Below, piece by piece: positions 34,235-42,861 of a stretch of DNA of 43,044 nucleotides (positions are counted from its first letter, which is position 1; every line of letters begins with the position of its first letter). The stretch covers positions 1 to 43,044 of the forward strand of contig DASPKH010000206.1 of the NCBI GenBank assembly GCA_035628175.1, read 5' to 3'. Under the pieces are notes generated by a model. It was not told the DNA's origin. It saw nothing but the letters and a program-made list of their open reading frames with translations, and made no database searches. Source of the DNA: Patescibacteria group bacterium (GTDB lineage: Bacteria > Bacteroidota > Ignavibacteria > Kapaibacteriales > DASPKH01). A program made the position numbers and the translations under genes.

Positions 34235-34305
34235 CAAAATGTTTTTAAAAGCCGCTTTTAAAAAACGTGCTGGCTTTTAAAAGTTCTGGCTATTTTGCAA
34301 CTATC

Positions 34306-34455
34306 ATGAAGGAAAATTGCGCACAGGTAGGATTACGCGTACACTCCATTTACAGCGATGCAGATAATCCAGACAAAGTAACCATTATCGCTCATGCGCC
34401 AAGTGCTGAGCAGGCAAAGAGTTTTCTTTCAAATTCAAACCTGAAGCAGCGATGA
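34306..34455 (+). CDS. Small ORF, possibly a decayed fragment of a ~100-aa alpha/beta protein
   Basis: MKENCAQVGLRVHSIYSDADNPDKVTIIAHAPSAEQAKSFLSNSNLKQR. A plausible continuation (AMKKIEGAI) lies in another frame after the stop. Weak call. Confidence 0.25.
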   Translation: MKENCAQVGLRVHSIYSDADNPDKVTIIAHAPSAEQAKSFLSNSNLKQR

Positions 34456-34670
34456 AGAAAATAGAGGGGGCAATCTGAGCTTCAGCATTCTGGAAAAAGC
34501 AGAATTGTTTTTAAAGGCTTCGCAGTACACTTCATTTTGTTTTTATAATAACTTCTGTTCTGCTCCATTTCATCTCCCATTACTACCGCTGCCAATTCCA
34601 TCACTTAAAATTCCTCTACTGCAAAAACTATGAGTATTTTTTGAGTAAGGTGGAAGATGCCCTTTAAAAA

Positions 34671-34678
34671 TACTTTTG
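34671..34678 (+). promoter_or_regulatory. Candidate -7 box (TAnnTTTG)
   Basis: TACTTTTG followed by CA, 56 nt upstream of the ATG at 34734. Confidence 0.3.
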
Positions 34679-34733
34679 CACAAGACACAGTGTGCAATCT
34701 GTTAATTTTTTAACCTTTCTAAATGAGGGCAAG

Positions 34734-36284
34734 ATGAAAAGAAAATTTTTTAAAAGCGCATTGACCATGATGTTTTTGTGCTGTATGCATGGGGTAGCAG
34801 AGGCAAATACAGTTGAATTCGCCCATGTATTCGTGCCAGATAAAGCTAGCGGCGCGCAGTATGACCGCACGCGTTATGAACAGCCGTTGGGAAATGCGCG
34901 TGTTACCTATCCAAGCAGCCTCCCCGGTTATGGAATAGATAAAAAGATTACGAACGGGCGGATTGAATATAACGGCAACCGCTACCGTATGCCATTTTTA
35001 AATGGATATGATCACGTAGTGGGAATTGCCGGACATCTGACGGATATGCTCGACAGGGTGGAAATTGTGGTGAATGGAAATGTTGTAAAAACAATCCGAA
35101 AATCAGCACTTATCTACGCAGGCGCCACAACACGCGATAATCCCGACAGCCGCAATCCCGAACGCAAAGGTTTGGTAGTTTTTAAAGTGAATAGGGGCGA
35201 TTTACCAGGTTTGCATGAAGATTTCCAGATACGGATTCGGTTTGCCGTTGAGGTAGCGGGATTTGACAAATTAGACTGTAAGGTGGTTCACGGAAGCGGT
35301 CAGATAAAAAGCATTGAGTGGACGACCAATAACGGAGCTGAGCTGCCTGATATTATCGAGACACCAAGCGGACGTCGCGTTTTCAAAACCCAATGCGGTG
35401 GGAGACGCATATACAATTTACGGCTGATTACTTTTAAGGCTCCACAGACTGTACAGATTAGCGACGGTCTGAATAAGGAAATCCTCAGGCGTGATGTTCT
35501 GCGCCTTACCAAAACCGAAGGAAGAATAATGACCGACACGATAGACATTTCCTTTGATGAAGAATATATTTCTACGCCTAATGCTGAATTTGGAGAAAAA
35601 CCAGAGAAATTTATACGCTTATGTGATTCCGAAGCTGGCAATGTCCCGGGCGGATGGGGAACATATATTTATATGGGCTTTGCCGATAATTTGCCTGGCG
35701 CCAGTAACACAAAGCCTTACCAGACGAATTTAAAAGATCTCAGTTTGTGTGGCGGTTCAGGAGGGAACGTTAGTGGGCAGCTGATCAATCCAGGTATTGG
35801 GGTATCCAATCCCGCTCCAGCCGGACAGCCCGATATTACTGTTACAATTGAAAGCGCATTTACCAGCGGCGCAACCTTCAGCGCAACAGACGCAGCGCGC
35901 TATAGTTTTTGTGAAAATCTTCCAGACGAGCAGCAAACACGCCAGACGCCAATTCTCCCACTTACAATTAGAATTCAGAACATAGGTACAGCTAATATTA
36001 CGACACCATTTACTGTAGCCATCAACGGTGGGGGAAACCAGAATTTCTTTGATGATAGAGTAGAGACAATCCGCTCACTCCAGGCAGGCGAAATATATCA
36101 GATCATTGTGCAAAGAAGGCAGAGCGTCGTTTGTGCACGGAAATCTGGCAATACCTGTGTTCGGTGTCCGGACAATTTTGGCGGCGTCCGCCAGTGGAAT
36201 GACCGCGGAATGCGTGTGACAGTTGACAATGGCGGCGCAATTACCGAAAGCAATGAAACGAACAATACTGCTAATGTACCATAA
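34734..36284 (+). CDS. Secreted protein with a C-terminal CARDB-like domain
   Basis: ATG at 34734 gives the signal peptide MKRKFFKSALTMMFLCCMHGVAEA. The C-terminal module is PDITVTIES...LTIRIQNIGTANIT...VTVDNGGAITESNETNNTANVP (the CARDB E-x-N-E-x-N-N ending). No T9SS CTD. Confidence 0.75.
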   Translation: MKRKFFKSALTMMFLCCMHGVAEANTVEFAHVFVPDKASGAQYDRTRYEQPLGNARVTYPSSLPGYGIDKKITNGRIEYNGNRYRMPFLNGYDHVVGIAGHLTDMLDRVEIVVNGNVVKTIRKSALIYAGATTRDNPDSRNPERKGLVVFKVNRGDLPGLHEDFQIRIRFAVEVAGFDKLDCKVVHGSGQIKSIEWTTNNGAELPDIIETPSGRRVFKTQCGGRRIYNLRLITFKAPQTVQISDGLNKEILRRDVLRLTKTEGRIMTDTIDISFDEEYISTPNAEFGEKPEKFIRLCDSEAGNVPGGWGTYIYMGFADNLPGASNTKPYQTNLKDLSLCGGSGGNVSGQLINPGIGVSNPAPAGQPDITVTIESAFTSGATFSATDAARYSFCENLPDEQQTRQTPILPLTIRIQNIGTANITTPFTVAINGGGNQNFFDDRVETIRSLQAGEIYQIIVQRRQSVVCARKSGNTCVRCPDNFGGVRQWNDRGMRVTVDNGGAITESNETNNTANVP

Positions 36285-36344
36285 AAAATCTAAAATTTTA
36301 AATCTTCCAAGACAACTTTTTTGAGCTAAGATTTTAAAAATTTT

Positions 36345-39014
36345 ATGAATAGAAAAAACCGATTCAGCGCCGTTATATTTTTAAAAACAACCCTTTTAAA
36401 AGTAATGCTGCTCACGATGATCCTTGCTAACGAAGCATCAGCACAATCCGACGCGCTCTCGCCGATCCTCATCGGGCCATACGACGGCTCGGATATCGTG
36501 GAGCAGCAGGTAATCTGGACATGGTTCATGCAGTCGAAAGCGGGTGGAGGCGCAGATATTTTCTGTGACCTCATAGTGGCGGAGATTTTAAGCGGGCAAA
36601 CACCGGAGGAGGCGTTGCGGCAAAATCCTCCGGTGATTCTCCGGGAGAATCTCACTACATCAGCGTGGCAAACGGGTTTTAATGCCCGCGAGCTGCGTGA
36701 CGGTGGCCGCTACGCATGGCAGGTGATCGCGAAGGTAAAACGTGATGGTGCTAAAACGGCCGAGCGCGCCATCAGCCGCAGCGAAATCTGGACGTTCATC
36801 TATGAGGCTCCAAAAGAAGTGGCTGAAGAAATACCTGCCGTAAGTGAACCCTTTTTAAAAGATACGGCACTGCCGCCGTCATCGCCTGCGGGTGAGGAAT
36901 CGCACCCAGATGCGCTCAGCATTATTCCGTCAGACAGCAGTGAAGGTTTTAAAAGTGGGGAAATTCCGGTTCCGGTTACCCCGGTTCCGGCTACCTTTTC
37001 GTTCAATGGAAAAGCACAGATGACGATTGAGCATTCTAATCAACGTCCGCTTTTGGCGTCACGCCCGCCGAACTACACGCGATTGCAGATTGACCCGACT
37101 ATCTCTATTTTTGGTGCGCCACTGCGGCTAAATTTCCTGCTTTCGACGGAATCACTGGTCGGTGCGGTGCCTGATCAACGCGACCTGCTGAGCCGCGGTG
37201 CGATTGGTAGCCAGAACTTGCGACGTAACATCAATGCTGCACTACAGCAACGTGTGAGCGATGAGATTGTAGAGCTGGAAGCACAGCGCGATTCACTTTC
37301 GATTGATTCGTTGCGTACGTTTTTAAAAGCAGACTCGCTCGAAATTTCGTTGCGGCTTGAGGAATTATACCGACTTCAGGAAACTGATCTGAGCCGGAAC
37401 ATGGACGCGCTGCAGCAGTTCGGCATAGCAACCGATGAGCAGCGTTTTCTTGCACAATTTCCCGCTTTTGGCTTTGGAAATGTCGCGCCCCGTTTCGGCA
37501 AAATGCTTTTAAATGACGTAACGATAAACGGTGGGTTTGTAGAATATAATCCCGGAATATTGTACACAGCTGTGTCTGTTGGGAAGATCCAGCGATTCGC
37601 CGACATTAGTAACGTGTCGCAGGACGTGATTGACCAGGACTCTGTTCTTTTTAAAAACGCGTCGCTGTCGCAATTCGAACTTTTTAAAAACCTCTATTCC
37701 GTTCGCTTAGGCATCGGCAAAACCATGGGCAATCACGTGATAATTACCGGGCTCTATGCCGAAGACGATGAGCAAAGCGTGGCGATCCAGAATAGCATCA
37801 ATCGCATCCGCGTGGATACCACTATTGCAGTTCTCGACATTCTCGGTAATGAAGTGGATTTTAAAGATTCAAGTTTTTTTAAAAACAGCACAATTGTTTC
37901 ACAGCAGCGTAATTATGGCATTGGAGCTGTCGCGCATTACGAGCCGTCGATTGGAAATTTAAAGCTTGATGGCGAAGTGAACCTCATGTATTTCGAGGAT
38001 AAAGGGAATTTCAGCGCTTTAAAAAATATCGAACCCGTCAAAAATCTGCCCGATTTTCTTCGCAAAGGCACGGAGGACAGTACAATCGCCGATTATGCTT
38101 TTGCCATAAAAGCGGTCTATACGCCGTTTGCAAATACTGCAAATTTTTCAACGGGAATACGCTATGTCGGTGGCGGCTACCGATCGGTGGGAACGGCGGG
38201 TTTGCGCACCGACGCGCTGCGGTGGGACGGGTTGTACACGCAGACATTGTTTAAAAAGCAACTGCGCTTCTCGCTGAATTCCTCAATAGACAAATCGGGC
38301 TACAAAGACCGTGTTCATTCGTCCGACATTTTTTCGGCAGGCGCGGGACTTGACGTGAGAATCCCGAAACTTCCTGTTCTGCATTTCGGCTATCAGCGCC
38401 ATGCACAAGCACTCGAGACAAATAAAAATCAGCCGGAATTACGTAATTCAATAGGCAATACAATTAACAATTTTCTTGCGACAGCCGCATATTTCTATAA
38501 CGGCGGAATCGGCCGTATGTCCACCTTTGCGTCGTATAATTTGCAGAATGGTGAGTCAGCTTCGACAGACACTAAAAGCCGCCCGGATTCAGTTGGTGTA
38601 TTTTCCGCCCAGGCAGCGGTGGTAAGCCATCAGGTAAGCTTCAGCCCCGTGCTGAGTGTGAATCTCACAGGCAATTACAGCAAAACGCGCTCATTTCCTT
38701 TAAAAGAATTTACCGTTGTCAATCCTGATGATTCGCTGGATTTAAAAAGCGAAGTCAGGCCTGTGGCTGAGGTTGCGGAAGTCTCGGGCTTTGGCCTATC
38801 AATTATCACCACGCCATCTGACTGGTTTGAAACAACAGCCGGCGTGACGTATTTTGACCTGGGGAAAAACAGTTCGTTCGCTTTTCACAGCACAACGTCG
38901 CTACGGTTTTTTAAAAATATGGAAACAAATCTGCAGCTTTCGTTCCGTCGTTTGCCAAATGCGGCAATTCCCGAGGAAATTGTAGCAAGATTAGTGAATA
39001 ATTTTTCGTGGTAG
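36345..39014 (+). CDS. Large predicted outer-membrane protein: N-terminal soluble domain, Pro/Ser linker, coiled-coil insert, beta-barrel-like C-terminal ~600 aa
   Basis: Signal peptide ...LTMILANEASAQ. Linker PAVSEPFLKDTALPPSSPAGEESHP...PVPVTPVPA. Alternating-polarity beta-strand-like sequence runs to the C-terminal residues NNFSW, an aromatic terminus typical of OMPs. Confidence 0.7.
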   Translation: MNRKNRFSAVIFLKTTLLKVMLLTMILANEASAQSDALSPILIGPYDGSDIVEQQVIWTWFMQSKAGGGADIFCDLIVAEILSGQTPEEALRQNPPVILRENLTTSAWQTGFNARELRDGGRYAWQVIAKVKRDGAKTAERAISRSEIWTFIYEAPKEVAEEIPAVSEPFLKDTALPPSSPAGEESHPDALSIIPSDSSEGFKSGEIPVPVTPVPATFSFNGKAQMTIEHSNQRPLLASRPPNYTRLQIDPTISIFGAPLRLNFLLSTESLVGAVPDQRDLLSRGAIGSQNLRRNINAALQQRVSDEIVELEAQRDSLSIDSLRTFLKADSLEISLRLEELYRLQETDLSRNMDALQQFGIATDEQRFLAQFPAFGFGNVAPRFGKMLLNDVTINGGFVEYNPGILYTAVSVGKIQRFADISNVSQDVIDQDSVLFKNASLSQFELFKNLYSVRLGIGKTMGNHVIITGLYAEDDEQSVAIQNSINRIRVDTTIAVLDILGNEVDFKDSSFFKNSTIVSQQRNYGIGAVAHYEPSIGNLKLDGEVNLMYFEDKGNFSALKNIEPVKNLPDFLRKGTEDSTIADYAFAIKAVYTPFANTANFSTGIRYVGGGYRSVGTAGLRTDALRWDGLYTQTLFKKQLRFSLNSSIDKSGYKDRVHSSDIFSAGAGLDVRIPKLPVLHFGYQRHAQALETNKNQPELRNSIGNTINNFLATAAYFYNGGIGRMSTFASYNLQNGESASTDTKSRPDSVGVFSAQAAVVSHQVSFSPVLSVNLTGNYSKTRSFPLKEFTVVNPDDSLDLKSEVRPVAEVAEVSGFGLSIITTPSDWFETTAGVTYFDLGKNSSFAFHSTTSLRFFKNMETNLQLSFRRLPNAAIPEEIVARLVNNFSW

Positions 39015-39072
39015 AATTGTATTTTTAAAGAAATTTTTCAAATCTTCTAAAAGACTGATCTTTTTAAAAAAC

Positions 39073-40986
39073 ATGCCGGAAATTTCTTTAAAAACCAAAA
39101 TCAAACGGCTCGAGCAGCAAATTGCCAAGGCAAAAACTGCTTTTAAAAAAGTAGATGCGATGCTGGATCTGGCCGAATTGCTGAAGCAAAGCGATTCCAG
39201 ACATGCTTTCTCGCTTTTGGACGATGCGCTGACAATTTCGCGGCAGAATTCCTACGATCACGGAATGGCATACGCGCTGCTTCTTCTGGCGCAATTTCAC
39301 GATGTGCTGACCGGCGACCATAAAAAGGCGCTGCCACTTGCAGAGGAGTCACTCGCGATTTTTACAAAGATCAATTCACACGTTTTTAAAAGCCGGGTGA
39401 TCCGCGCCATCGGGAAGATTTATATTGGCCTGGGCGAGCATCAGCGGGCAGAAGAGTTTTTAAAAAAGGGTAAGGAACTCGCTGAAGAGCTCTATGATCG
39501 GGAAGGAATTGCATCAGCCGAGCTTGCCATCGCGTGCCTGCTCGACGACATGAACCGATATGATGAAGCAATTGAGCGGTACAAGTCAGCTTTAAAACTC
39601 AAACGTGAGCTGGGCGACGCCACCGGACAGTCTATTATTTTGAATAATCTCGGCGGTGTATACACTTCGATCGGGAATTTTTCAAAAGGGCTCGAATGCC
39701 ACAACCAGAGCTTGCATCTCAAAGATCAGTTGAACGACCGGCACGGAATCGCTGCATCGCTAAATAATATCGCGGGAATTTACCTTGCTTATGGCGATTA
39801 TGAAACAGGTCTGTCGAATCTTTTTAAAAGCTTGGAAATAAAACGTGAGCAGGGCAATACACAGGGCATCGCAAATACACTTTCCAATATCGGCATGGTC
39901 CAGACGGAAATTGGTGATTTGCATTCGGCGTTACAGTCGTTTACCGAGGCGCTGCAGTTGTATTCAAAGCTGGGCCAGAGACGATTTATCGCGCTGGCGA
40001 TGAACCACATCGGCGTTGCAAAGGTGCGGCTTGGAGCTTACACGCAGGGCATGGCGTGGCTGAAAAAAGCTTTAAAAATCCGCATTGAGTTGCAGGATGA
40101 TTATGGACTTGCCTCATCCTATTGCAATCTTGGCGAGGCACACCGTTTAAAAGGTGATTTTCCTCAGGCAATTCACTTTGGGCAACTCGGTGCCGATATC
40201 AGCAGGTCGCTTGGAGACAAAGAACGGTTGGCGCATCATTACACATGCCTTGCAGAAAATTATGCTGCAAATTCCTCCTATGCCGAAGCATTTGAAACTG
40301 CATATCAGGCGCTGGCCTTAGCGCGCGAGATTAACGACGCAAAGCAACAGGCCGCAGCTTTAAAACTACTGGCGGACACCTCTGAAAAAAAAGGCGACCT
40401 GCAGCAATCCATAAACTATTACCGACAATTTATTGAAGCCAGGCAGTTACTTCAGGAGCAACAAGTAAGGAATAAAGTCCAGACGCTTCTCATCGAATTT
40501 GATGTGGAGCGCATCAGGCACGAAGCCGAGATCAACAAACTGAAATCCGAACAATTTGAACGCGAGATCGCATTGAAAAATAAAGAATTGACAGCCCTTG
40601 CGCTCCATCTCGTCAATAAAAACGAGTTTTTAAAAACCATTGGCGAGCAGATCAGCGAGGATGTGACAAATACGAGCGAAGTGATTAAAAACCTTTCAAA
40701 AATCGTGCAGGATGGCGCGGGTTCCGAAACGGAATGGAAGCTTTTTGAAAAGCAGTTTTTACAGGTAAATCCTGATTTTACCACGCGCCTGGAAGAATCA
40801 TCCGGCGGCTCACTGTCGGCGACGGAGCTGAAAATCTGTTCGCTTCTACGTACCGGGCTCAATTCGCAGGAAGTGGCCAATGTGCTTTTCCTTTCAAAGC
40901 GCACGGTGGAAAATCACCGCTATAACATTCACCGCAAGCTCAAACTCGGCGAGCAAAAACTCGTCCCGTACTTGATGAAAGTGTAA
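39073..40986 (+). CDS. TPR-repeat transcriptional regulator with a C-terminal LuxR-type HTH
   Basis: About 9 TPR-like units (GIASAELAIACL, GQSIILNNLGGVY, GIAASLNNIAGIY, GIANTLSNIGMVQ...), a coiled coil and LSATELKICSLLRTGLNSQEVANVLFLSKRTVENHRYNIHRKLKL. Confidence 0.85.
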   Translation: MPEISLKTKIKRLEQQIAKAKTAFKKVDAMLDLAELLKQSDSRHAFSLLDDALTISRQNSYDHGMAYALLLLAQFHDVLTGDHKKALPLAEESLAIFTKINSHVFKSRVIRAIGKIYIGLGEHQRAEEFLKKGKELAEELYDREGIASAELAIACLLDDMNRYDEAIERYKSALKLKRELGDATGQSIILNNLGGVYTSIGNFSKGLECHNQSLHLKDQLNDRHGIAASLNNIAGIYLAYGDYETGLSNLFKSLEIKREQGNTQGIANTLSNIGMVQTEIGDLHSALQSFTEALQLYSKLGQRRFIALAMNHIGVAKVRLGAYTQGMAWLKKALKIRIELQDDYGLASSYCNLGEAHRLKGDFPQAIHFGQLGADISRSLGDKERLAHHYTCLAENYAANSSYAEAFETAYQALALAREINDAKQQAAALKLLADTSEKKGDLQQSINYYRQFIEARQLLQEQQVRNKVQTLLIEFDVERIRHEAEINKLKSEQFEREIALKNKELTALALHLVNKNEFLKTIGEQISEDVTNTSEVIKNLSKIVQDGAGSETEWKLFEKQFLQVNPDFTTRLEESSGGSLSATELKICSLLRTGLNSQEVANVLFLSKRTVENHRYNIHRKLKLGEQKLVPYLMKV

Positions 40987-40999
40987 TTTTAAAAAAATT

Positions 41000-41659
41000 T
41001 TAAAAATTATTCTTAATATCCTTTTCGTCCGTTTTTACAAAAATCGTTTTTAAAACGTCGCCCGTTTCATCCAGTTGTAAAGCCGTTAGCCCCGCACCAT
41101 ACACAGCAGCAGTGTCAATATTCCATGATTGTGAGGCTTCGTTGAATTTGGGCGTTCCGTCCAGCTGTGGAGTGTGCCCGTGAATCTGAAGCTTTCCGAT
41201 ATTTTTTAAAAGCGAGCGCGTCCAGATAATATTTTCAGAATGATTTTCTTTAAAAGGATCATCTGTCAGTGAACTAATCCCCGCGTGACTGATAAACACG
41301 CACTCATTTTCCCAAAAAAGCGGCAGCATTTCAAACCAGTGCAGGTCGCTTTCAACATCCCTTTTTAAAGACTCATATTGTGCAACTGTCTGCGCGCCAC
41401 CCTGCATAAGCCAGCCGGGGATTTCCCGTTTGCGAAAATGCTCCAGCATCAGTGCTTCGTGGTTTCCTTTTAAAAAAACTGCTTGATGCTCTTCCTGTAA
41501 TTCACGCGCATACCCCACCGTTTCCGGCGCGAAATTTCCGCGGTCAATCAGATCACCAACCTGCACGAGCAAATCCTCGCCCGGCTGAAAATTCTCATCA
41601 ACCAGCTTTTTAAAAGTATAATAGCATCCGTGGACGTCGCCAACGACAAGAATACTCAT
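41000..41659 (-). CDS. Metallophosphoesterase (PPP-family Ser/Thr phosphatase / ApaH-like)
   Basis: The motif series is GDVHG, GDLIDRG, GNHE and HGHTP. Confidence 0.85.
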   Translation of the reverse strand: MSILVVGDVHGCYYTFKKLVDENFQPGEDLLVQVGDLIDRGNFAPETVGYARELQEEHQAVFLKGNHEALMLEHFRKREIPGWLMQGGAQTVAQYESLKRDVESDLHWFEMLPLFWENECVFISHAGISSLTDDPFKENHSENIIWTRSLLKNIGKLQIHGHTPQLDGTPKFNEASQSWNIDTAAVYGAGLTALQLDETGDVLKTIFVKTDEKDIKNNF

Positions 41660-41685
41660 GATGTGGTAAGAATTCAGTTTTAAAA

Positions 41686-42246
41686 CTATTTCACATATTT
41701 TTCAATAGCAATCAAAAACGGCGGAAAGTTCTTGTTAATCGCGCGATATTCTATCACGGCAAATTGCTGATTCGGCAGATTCTGCGCAAATTGCCGTACA
41801 GCATCCGCTTCAATACTGCCTTCGGCATGGCCAAGATAACAAATGACCGTGATCAGCCCACCAGGTTTTAGAAGATTGATTGCTGCCTCAATTGCGCGAA
41901 CTGTCGTTTCCGGTTCCGTGATAATCGACTTGTCGCCATGCGGCAAATACCCCAAATTGAACATCACCGCCGTAACATCACCTTTTAAAAACTCCTCCAT
42001 GCGCTCATGCCCGGCGTGAATAATCTCCGCACGATTATCAAAACCACTTTTTAAAAGCACTTCCCGCGTTTTTAAAACCGCCTGCTCCTGAATATCGAAG
42101 CCGTATACTTTTCCTGTTTCACTCACTAATTCTGCAAGGAGAAGCGTGTCGTGTCCGTTGCCGACAGTTGCGTCAATGGCGATGTCGCCAGGTTGGATGT
42201 GGGCGGCTATGAGTTTTTTTGCGAAGATGAGTGCGTTGTCGAGCAT
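41686..42246 (-). CDS. Class I SAM-dependent methyltransferase, YtqB/MnmM-like
   Basis: The DATVGNGHDTLLLAE motif, FNLGYLPHGDK and the 186-aa length match the YtqB-type putative RNA methylase family. Confidence 0.75.
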   Translation of the reverse strand: MLDNALIFAKKLIAAHIQPGDIAIDATVGNGHDTLLLAELVSETGKVYGFDIQEQAVLKTREVLLKSGFDNRAEIIHAGHERMEEFLKGDVTAVMFNLGYLPHGDKSIITEPETTVRAIEAAINLLKPGGLITVICYLGHAEGSIEADAVRQFAQNLPNQQFAVIEYRAINKNFPPFLIAIEKYVK

Positions 42247-42311
42247 TAACTTGAAGTAAAAAGTAAAAAGGTAAAAGGAAAAATTTTAAGAAATAATTGT
42301 GAACAACATAC

Positions 42312-42764
42312 TTAGCGGCACTCTACAACAATATCAACTGGATTCTTTATTTTAATTTTCCATACACAGCCATTTGTGCTGGTTGCATAAATTTCATCAT
42401 CTAGAACAGATAACTTATCGAACGGATTTGATTCATTAAAAAAAGCAATCCAAATTAGATTTTTGGATGACAAATCAAAAACACTTACAAACCCATCACT
42501 ACCGTAGCTTGCTTCACCTCCCCATATTTCAATAGATTGCTGTGTATCAATCATACTAACCAATACAGCACAACTAGTCCAGTATAATTCTCCTTCACCT
42601 TTAAGCCCATCTACGGTTGTTTTTGCTCCTTTTTTTACAGAGTAATTAGCTGGACGGCCCCAATCGATACTAATATTCAAAAGAAAAATTGAGCCATCTG
42701 GATATACAATTCCGTCTACTGATGGACATTCTTGATGGTCGAAAAATCGCAATAAGTCCTGCAT
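42312..42764 (-). CDS. Hypothetical protein (AT-rich ORF, beta-rich)
   Basis: 150-aa ORF with no signal peptide and no recognised family. A sampled line is ~37% GC. No TTTTAAAA. Confidence 0.5.
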   Translation of the reverse strand: MQDLLRFFDHQECPSVDGIVYPDGSIFLLNISIDWGRPANYSVKKGAKTTVDGLKGEGELYWTSCAVLVSMIDTQQSIEIWGGEASYGSDGFVSVFDLSSKNLIWIAFFNESNPFDKLSVLDDEIYATSTNGCVWKIKIKNPVDIVVECR

Positions 42765-42861
42765 TGTATAATTAGTTTAAGTTCAATAATTCTTTTTAAA
42801 AATCAAAAATACCGCAATTACGTATTTTTACAATCCTTTTAAAAAAACACGACTTTTAAAA

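Larger units (their letters stand above)
6319..42860. repeat. Highly iterated palindromic octamer TTTTAAAA (dispersed, ~120 copies by eye)
   Basis: First copy 6319-6326, last 42853-42860, none in 1-6318. Found in CDSs of both strands and in spacers. Often extended to CTTTTAAAAG or GCTTTTAAAAGC (13765-13776, 15694-15705). Confidence 0.85.
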
